Of a DNA stretch of 64,000 nucleotides, positions 56,465 through 64,000 are shown one piece after another. Both the position numbers and the translations under genes were made by a program. The stretch's first letter is position 1. Every line of letters starts with the position of its first letter. The stretch is from Macrostomum hystrix. Taxonomy: Eukaryota > Animalia > Platyhelminthes. The notes below the pieces were generated by a model. It saw nothing but the letters and a program-made list of their open reading frames with translations, made no database searches and was not told where the DNA came from. The stretch is taken from assembly GCA_950097015.1 (NCBI GenBank), contig CATNEN010000001.1:6200001-6264000 (forward strand), given 5' to 3'.

Positions 56465-57807
56465 GTTCTAAGTCCATAGATTCAGAGCACAGCGAATCGT
56501 AGTATTTTTCTTCCAGCTTGTGCACTCTGTTAAGTCTATTTTGCTTATAATTTATTATACACATAAGTTATATCCTTCTAACTTTTCTAGCAATTGTGAG
56601 CTCGTTTAATCAAATCAGATATATGGCATTTTAACAGATTTTTTCTGTATAACTGACGCAAAAATATTTTTTTCTTGATCTTTATTTGGCTTTAAAGTTA
56701 AATTGCCAGGATGAAGTTACTTCCTAATAACAGTGATATCATTTCTGCTAATTCATAGCATTTCGCGATTGAAATAATTCAATCTGCAAAACTTTTTAAC
56801 CAGCCTATAATGCTTATCATATGAGTTAAATAATATTGATAAGTTAATCAAATGTTCATGTCATGTACTCGAAGTGTCATGTCATACTCACTGAGCTCAG
56901 ATCAGTATGCAAACTAAACATTAAAAAGGGTTTGAATTTCGGTTGAATTCTATTGCAATGAGCTATTAATCTCGCAAATAGCTATTTCGGAGTCTTGTCT
57001 ATCCAACGCGTTTTGCTTAGCACATGTTGAATTATCACAAAATATGAGATATAAAATACCACAACGTATAAAAAAGTCTGTAAAAAAGTATTTTACTGTG
57101 AAAATATTATACTAGTTCTATTTCTATTTTGTTTTTTTCATTTTTATAGATTCCTTCAATGAATTCAACATGCTTTCGCCTTTGTGCAAATAAAACTTCT
57201 CTACCTGCTGAACTCAGATTCTGCTTCTGTAGTTTTTATCCTAAACAATAATGTTATGTGTGCTTTTCACATAGTAATACTGTATTGAAATACATAATGG
57301 CATAGTATCTCACCGCTTGATCGAATTTTATCCCCGTTTTATATTTTATAATACATAATACAATTACATTTTATAACATACATAAACTTTTTAACAAATC
57401 TTTATTTAAAACACGGCTTTTTTGTTTCTTTTCTATGCTTATTGGAAATTCGTCTGGGTTTTATATCCCGCAGGTACAAATCAAAAGACGCAGAGATTTT
57501 GATCGGGCTCAGGTATTTTTCGTCTGCCTCTGAAAGTTAAAAAGAAATCAGTCGATATAGGAATTCAGTCAACAAATAACTTAGTAAGTTAGTTATTTAA
57601 CTTAACTAATAGACGAATGCTGATATAGTTTCTACCTAACAGTAACCAGAGAAAATGAAATATGTTTAATATTTATTATTAGCAGTTTAGTTTGATTTAG
57701 CGATGCAATTTAGACAAGTTAAAAAATATTTTTTTAATAACATGTCTTAGACTATTTACACTGCTTAATCATTTCAGGTTAGTTTTTTTTAACATCTGAC
57801 GCAAGAT

Positions 57808-59391
57808 ATGTCACTAACAACTGCATCGAAACATTGCGCTTCCAAGTTCTGCAGTCATAAAGCAACTGCCACTAGCCAAATCTCCGAGCTGTCATTCTGT
57901 GAGCAGCACATTAATAGTGAAATGAATAGATTCGAAAAACGAAAGGCGGATCTATTTCCGAGGCTCGATAGCATCAGCGCTCAGTCTGAGAGACAGTCAC
58001 TGCGGCTGGAGCAGCAGGCACTGATTGTCGAGATGCAGGAAGTGGCTGACATGTTCGATGCAGCTCAAGAGACGCTGCAGCAGTGGAGGGACAAGATGAT
58101 GTCAGGAGTACAGGCGGTGCACGATGCGGTCGCTGAGAGGCTGCGAGATGCGAGCCATGCTGATGAGTGCTCGAAAGATCTAGCTGAAAACGATAAAGAC
58201 AAGCCCGACAGAGATCTTGTTGAGTTGGTTGTTTCAGTTGAATCGTGGCTTGACGAAGCCAATGAGCGAACTGAAAAATTTAGGCATGACCGATCGGAGC
58301 TTCGCGAACGGCAGAATCGTCAGCGCAAAGGTCAAGCACCTGGTGGCGATCTTCGGTCTGTAGGCGATGTGGCAGCAGGTGTGCAGCAGCTGCAGTTCTT
58401 GATTGACAGGCACCTGTCCGGTGTGATGCGGCAGTGCTGGCTAGAAAATCGGGACGAAGAAACTACGGGCTCAGGTACAGGTCCAGTGTGTCAGTTCTCG
58501 ACCGCGATTTCGGAGCTTCCGAGCATGCCTCGCTACCTAGCCTTGTGCAACAACACTCGTGGCTTCGCTGCCAGGTCAGGTCGCGTCATTCGAGCCGATT
58601 CTACTAGCGAGGGATGCGAGCCTTTGCCAAGTGTATGCATTATCATAGCATTTGAGGTTAAATTTAGGAGTCTTATGATCAGCTCCATGGATGGAAATAC
58701 TCGACTAAGTTGTATGAGTGAGTTGGATTGGAGCAGTACGATTTTCGGTCTGAAGTGCGATAACGCTTTGCAGCAGATGTATGTTGCCCAGGCTGAAGCA
58801 GTTAGCGCTATCGATCTTTCTGGTCAGGTACTTCGAATAATCAGCAGACCTGATCTTTGCGAGTCAGCAGGAACAATATGTTCGATCGATTTCAACTCTG
58901 ACAAGATATTTGTTTTGACTAAGAAACCACTTGGAGCTTTCGCTATAAAAAAGACATCGTTTTGTGTTGAGTCGGTTATTGACCTCGCTTTGTTCTCTGC
59001 TTTGAGCGTTCGCAATATTAGTCTTCAAGGAAGTAAGGCTCTTTTTTCTGAAAAGAAACGTGGAAAGCTTCTGCGAACTTGTCTCATAACAGGCCAGCTG
59101 CTATTATCCTATCCAGTGAATTCAACGGATAAGTTCTTATGCCCTGCGCAAGTTTCGTTCAACAACGAAGGTGTTATGTTTTTTAGCGAATACATGCGTC
59201 ATTCTATCAGAATCCTGATGCAAGATGGAACCAGTGTACAGACTCTTGGAACACCTGGTGTGGCTGGGTGCAGCGAAGTATCGTTTAGAAATCCTATAGG
59301 TGTCATATTTTGCAGCCAGGCGCTTCCTCAGCAACTAATCGTTGCTGATCGTGGTAACAAGCGTCTGTGCATTTTTAACATGATTGCCTAA
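57808..59391 (+). CDS. Paralogue 3, intact 527 aa: Cys/His zinc motif, coiled coil, NHL-like beta-propeller (RING-less TRIM-NHL-like)
   Basis: CASKFC..FCEQH; heptad-rich region; NHL-type blades FLCPAQVSFNNEGVMFFSEYMRHSIRI and GTPGVAG..FRNPIGV..LIVADRGNKRL. Confidence 0.8.
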   Translation: MSLTTASKHCASKFCSHKATATSQISELSFCEQHINSEMNRFEKRKADLFPRLDSISAQSERQSLRLEQQALIVEMQEVADMFDAAQETLQQWRDKMMSGVQAVHDAVAERLRDASHADECSKDLAENDKDKPDRDLVELVVSVESWLDEANERTEKFRHDRSELRERQNRQRKGQAPGGDLRSVGDVAAGVQQLQFLIDRHLSGVMRQCWLENRDEETTGSGTGPVCQFSTAISELPSMPRYLALCNNTRGFAARSGRVIRADSTSEGCEPLPSVCIIIAFEVKFRSLMISSMDGNTRLSCMSELDWSSTIFGLKCDNALQQMYVAQAEAVSAIDLSGQVLRIISRPDLCESAGTICSIDFNSDKIFVLTKKPLGAFAIKKTSFCVESVIDLALFSALSVRNISLQGSKALFSEKKRGKLLRTCLITGQLLLSYPVNSTDKFLCPAQVSFNNEGVMFFSEYMRHSIRILMQDGTSVQTLGTPGVAGCSEVSFRNPIGVIFCSQALPQQLIVADRGNKRLCIFNMIA

Positions 59392-61878
59392 GTTGACTGC
59401 TTTGCTGGTTCACTAAGTTTGTCTTTTTTTGCCGGATTTTTTGGTTATTTTTAGTGAAAGATCATCTAGCCTCGTCGTGTTGTTCGTCAAATTTGACTTA
59501 CAGGACTTTTTATTACTGCACTGGTTACACAAAATTTCATTCTTATATTAAAAAATTTAGGCAAAATAACTTACGCTATCAAAAACCGTAAGTAATACAT
59601 GATGTTATGTTAAATTAGCTGCATAGCATAGTTCGATCGAAACCGTGTTTTTGCAATTGGCGACGTATCTAAACATATTTCCATCTATTCCAATTTGCTA
59701 GGAGACATTGTACCAAAATTTTGGCTTGCTAAAAACTAAACGAAAAGTTTTTTGTGACTTTCAAGGAGCGTGTATTATGGATCTACTCGTACTCACGTAC
59801 CTTAATTATAATGTGCTTATCTCGGAATTCATTTATTATCTTATTAAACTATATTTTCCTTTAACTTTACGTTTTGTTATCTCTTTGCAACGCCAAAATT
59901 TCAAATGCTTAAATCTGTCAAAGGACTGATGCTTTTAGTCGGAATGAATGAGACTGAATGTGAGAATGAATTCTATTTCGAATTTTCCCTTTTGTTTTGT
60001 CGTTTCATGTAACTTTTTACCTAAATAATTCAAGTTCAGATTTAATGGTTCATTTACTTCGTGCCTTAGTACTCGTAGTAGTAAGTAATGAAATTTGGAC
60101 TTTTCAATGTGACTATTAACTGGTTTCTATATTTAAGAACGTGCGAAGTGAGCTGATCAATGGCACGTTTTATGGAATTGCTCGATTTAACTTTAATGGA
60201 TTTTATAATTATTCGTGAAAAGTTATAACATACCTGTGCTTATCCACATACCAGCTCTCACACAGCCCAAACTACCAGTTTGTGGTGCATTCTGATCTAC
60301 ATTTTTGTCTAGAGTTAAGCAAAACAGTCTATAACAGCTAGTCAGAAGAAATCTACAAAAATTGATTTTAAAAAGTCTATCGTTAGTCATTAGGATACGC
60401 GGATACTAATTAGCTGTTTAAGCTTTTTGAATGAAGATATTATTTGGGCGACCTTTTTAAATAAACTTTTATGCGGCACGCTACAGCGTGCGCAAATTTT
60501 GTTCCCGTTTGTCTGTTACAGTTTTAAAATAATGACACGATCGTCTTTTAGTTTAATATAACTTTACATTTTCATTTTTCCACGTTTTCAAATTATACTA
60601 ACTCATAAAAAATTGTGCCAGGTTGTATTTCAACTGCGTTTAACTAGCATAGATTTTAACGAGTTAGTGTGTCATCTTGCTGCAATTGGACGTGCAAATA
60701 TTTTAGTATCAGTTAATGAAAGATAAATATACAACACAATGAATGTAACTGTTTCAACAAGCCAAACCTAAACAAGCAACAGTTAACTCAAAAAAAATAA
60801 CACTACAAAAGTGCAAATCCTGAGTGTACCTTAACAGTAGGACTACCAAGCCATTTAGCCACCCGTTTTTATACTAAGGGAAGAATATCCCCCGCCCAGA
60901 ATTTCTTTTGGAAGCGCCAGAATTCTAGCAGCGTTAGGTGGTGACTGATTGGTTGACAGACTAGGCGAGGGTGTCCTGTGGTTGAGCTGCGCCTTATATT
61001 CAGGCTTAAGCAGTAAAATTGGACAAATTCGCGTCAGGGTGTCCATAGTGGCCTAGCTCCACCTGTTGTAGCCCTTGAAGGTCCAGCAGTCCGTCTAGAT
61101 AAAGTTAGGTGACCACCGAAGACGGAGATGCTGCAGGCAAATTTGGGTGACATGCTGATAAATTTTGAAGGTCTGGAGAAACCACTGGAATAGGGGTGTA
61201 TAAAATGAACTAGCTCTTATGGGAAAAATCCGACCTTCGGCCAGAACCATTGAATATCTCGACGGTTTGAAGAGCTGGCGACTTGATTCTTGCTTAAGAA
61301 AATGCATCGCAACAAAAACTTGGCCCTTTTTCTTGAGTTTCGTGTGCTTGCTTTGCCCCCTTCGGGTGCAGCACTAAAATTGTCAGGGAGGGGATTCCCC
61401 CCTAGGTAGTTCCACTGTTAATGCCGTTGAGTTTGGCATTCAAGACAACCGTCAGAAAATTCCAATGCCCAAACCTTACAGTAGAGCATTATCAATTCTC
61501 AATTTAAAGTTGTACGAGCTAGTTTACGGTATCAAAGGAAGTACGTGTATAACTACTAGATTCTGCCCATAAATTGTTTGTGTTTTGTCTTTTAAAACCT
61601 GAATCGATTATTCTAACGAGGAATAACGATCGAACTTCTTACAAACAACTAGCTTTATTTATCTGTGCCAGCAAATTCGCATGCTTACCATAGGTAGCTA
61701 GCTTATCAGATCGGATTTTATGTTAAGCTGCAAAACCGTACTGATCGCCTACGATTGGCCAGTAAGTCAGTCCAAATTTGCATAAATTTGCAAATCTCCA
61801 TTTGTAGTCTCAAAAGAATATTTGACATTTTCGTGACCGTTATACCGCAATTCAAACTGTACCACAAAAAATATTTTA

Positions 61879-63762
61879 ATGCATTTCAATGCTATTGTTG
61901 CCCTGTTGCTTTTGAGTACACTCACATTTGATGAGTGCCTGAGCAGTTTGTTATTGTCTTCAGCGCTAGAAGCCGTGAGCAGCAGCAGCTCATGCAACAA
62001 GCTAATAAATTTGAAATCCGGCGAGTCCTTGATAATTGAGGACCATCTGAGCACTACTCTGATGAACGTTTCTGGTCTGCCTTCCGATTTCGATTGCCTG
62101 ATTTGGTGTAGGAAGATGGACTGTGCTGGCGCCATGTTCAACAAGACCAACCGCTTCTGCCAGCTGTTGATCATCAACGATGAGTCATCTGGCAAACCGG
62201 GTCCAGAGGGCACTCACGTGACCAGGCTTCTAACGTCTACTAATAACAAGTCGGTGTGGAAGCCGTTCCACTTTGAACAACAAAAGCTCGCCAAGGCGCT
62301 AAGCATCGTTTTTCCAAATCCCGCAGGTACTGACTGACCTGGCCAATACAGCTTTTCTGTGCTGGAATTTCTTTAACGATCTTTTGTTCTTGATTCAATG
62401 CAATTTAAATAAGACAATAGAATATACTGACCATACTATGCATTTCACAGGTAGCAAGGCTAGGCTAGGTGTTGTCCAGAACTTCACCATCAGAATGACC
62501 GGATGCTATCGCATAGAGGCCCTCGGAGCAGCTGGAGGCAGAGTCCGTGTCACCACCGGCGCTTCGGTCAGAGCTGGCAGAGGTGCATCAGCTGCTGGCA
62601 GCTTCAGACTCGCCTCTGGCACCCAACTCGACATTGTTGTGGGCCAGGCTGGCGAAAATTCCGCTTGCAATTTCGGAGCTGGCGGCGGTGGCGGCAGCTT
62701 CGTATACATCAACCGCCCTGACGGCAGTCAGCAGCTGCTCCTAGCCGCCGGAGGAGGCGGAGGCGAGTCTTACGGTTTGAGCGGTGAGAATTTCAACAAA
62801 ATTAAAATGACCCAAACCAGCTTGTATCATGATACTATATTTACGATAATAGAGCACGCTTCAAGGTCTTAAGCTCGATCCCGGGGCGAGGCCTCATTAA
62901 TTTGAGACGGCGCAGCCGCAAGGGAAGGCTTGTGGGTTTTCGCACAATTGACCTCCAAGCTAGAAAAGTGAAAGTGTACACTTCCTGACGATGAGAAAGT
63001 CAGGGCAGATGTTCACACACCCTGTATGAGTGTGTGCCTGCGTACAGTATCTGTGTGCGTGTGTGCTCAGGAGTCAGCGGAATGGGTAGAATTGCCTCCT
63101 CGCTGGCTGCGGGTCTAGTGTCACAAAATTTGCCCAAAGCGCTCCTGCAATTAGTATTATTAATAATAGTTAATTAAACAAATAATAATCAGTATTATTA
63201 TAAGGCTCGTGCTGATTGTCACTCTGCAGCAATGACCTGACCTATGCTCATTTCTGCCGACTCAGGCGTTGACGGTGGCAACGGGACCTTAGGCACTGAC
63301 TCAACTTCTTCGAACAATGAGTACATCGGCTTGGGCGGTTCCAACGGACAGCCGGGACTTGTCTCGCCAAAGCGACACAAGACAATTCCGCAAAGATCTT
63401 GCGCCGGTCCCGGAGCTGGCTGGGACGGCTCGGCTGTCAAGTGCGAATACTCCGATCCCGGAGGTCCCGGGCTGAGCCGCAGCGACGGCTGGTTCGGCGG
63501 TGCCAGAAGCTCAGCCTGTCCCACTGGGGATGGCGGCTTCGGTGGAGGCGGCGCCGGTGGCGGCTGCTGCATTGGCGAACGACTTGGCGCCAGCGGCGGT
63601 GGCGGGGGCTTCAGCGGCGGCGGAGCGTCTTCAATTGCATTATCAGGAGGAGGTGGTGGCGGCTCATTCTGCAGCGGCTTTGGCTGCGCCACCGCCACCG
63701 GGGCAAACTGGGAGCTTCATGGCCGGGTTTTGCTGAGCAGGGCTGGAGCGGTTTGTAATTGA
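61879..63762 (+). CDS. Secreted PAN/apple + ALK/LTK-like glycine-rich domain protein (~425 aa)
   Basis: Exons 61879-62326, 62451-62783, 63266-63762 in frame. Signal peptide; CLIWC..C.GAMF..CQL; TGCYRIEALGAAGG, G.F.L..G..L.IVVGQ.G, GGGGGSFV, LLAAGGGGG, GGFGGGG, GGGGGFSGG, GGGGSF, HGRV. No TM. Confidence 0.8.
62862..63170 (+). mobile_element. SINE-A copy
   Basis: agctcgatccc B-box, body, AT-rich tail, in intron 2 of the glycine-rich gene. Confidence 0.85.
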
Positions 63763-64000
63763 GTTCGCTCAAACTAGGGCGTGTGTCCTGTTGACATCAT
63801 AAACTTCTAGGGCCCTTGGCTGCTGTTATAATCTGTGTACTTTTGTACGTGTGTTTGTATGGAGACAATTTGGGACAGTCTTGGAACACGCAAACTAATA
63901 TGTACGTGGCCGTGTACAAGTGCGCCTCCTTGCTTTACAATCCGATTGGACAGCGATATTTTTGTCGCGCAGGCTCGACCGCAACCCTCCCAGTCGGCCC

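Noticed and set aside
60840-61440. Possible gene or retroelement fragment on -
   Set aside because: Short broken ORFs with no recognisable motif.
62973-63018. Canonical hammerhead ribozyme in SINE-A
   Set aside because: Stems II and III are absent and CTGAC pairs with GTCAG, sequestering the core.
63030-63155. Complete HDV-like ribozyme in SINE-A (P3/L3 match, possible P1 gcctgcg/tgcgggt)
   Set aside because: No GG after P1 for P1.1, no proper J4/2 or P2; a competing three-way junction explains the sequence better.

Overview
Intron-rich eukaryotic (animal) DNA. The style (AT-rich introns packed with minisatellites, GC-richer exons, acceptor sites directly in front of start codons) suggests a flatworm such as Macrostomum; that is my inference, not a database result. 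Gene order: 3' part of an NEK11-like kinase (+); an ATP10-class P4-ATPase flippase (-, 15 coding exons) head-to-head with a DD3-3-like membrane protein (+); a same-strand run EIF2AK1/HRI-like kinase > RABIF/MSS4 > NUDCD2 (-); selenophosphate synthetase SEPHS2 (+) with an in-frame UGA and a type II SECIS; three tandem zinc-motif/coiled-coil/beta-propeller paralogues (decayed, single-frameshift, intact); and a secreted PAN + ALK/LTK-like glycine-rich protein. Repeats: two tRNA-derived SINE families, two inverted-repeat elements, Tc1 and mariner remnants, and about 18 tandem arrays. Most notable: (1) seven otherwise unrelated intronic minisatellites share one quasi-palindromic core, CTGT-YAG-ACAG, in units of 19-22 bp; (2) a candidate trans-spliced operon in which two genes lack a local start codon and would be completed by a spliced-leader AUG; (3) poly(A) signals between the SEPHS2 stop and its SECIS; (4) a propeller paralogue split by a single +1 shift at a stop codon. 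All exon coordinates were derived by hand from GT/AG sites and frame continuity.
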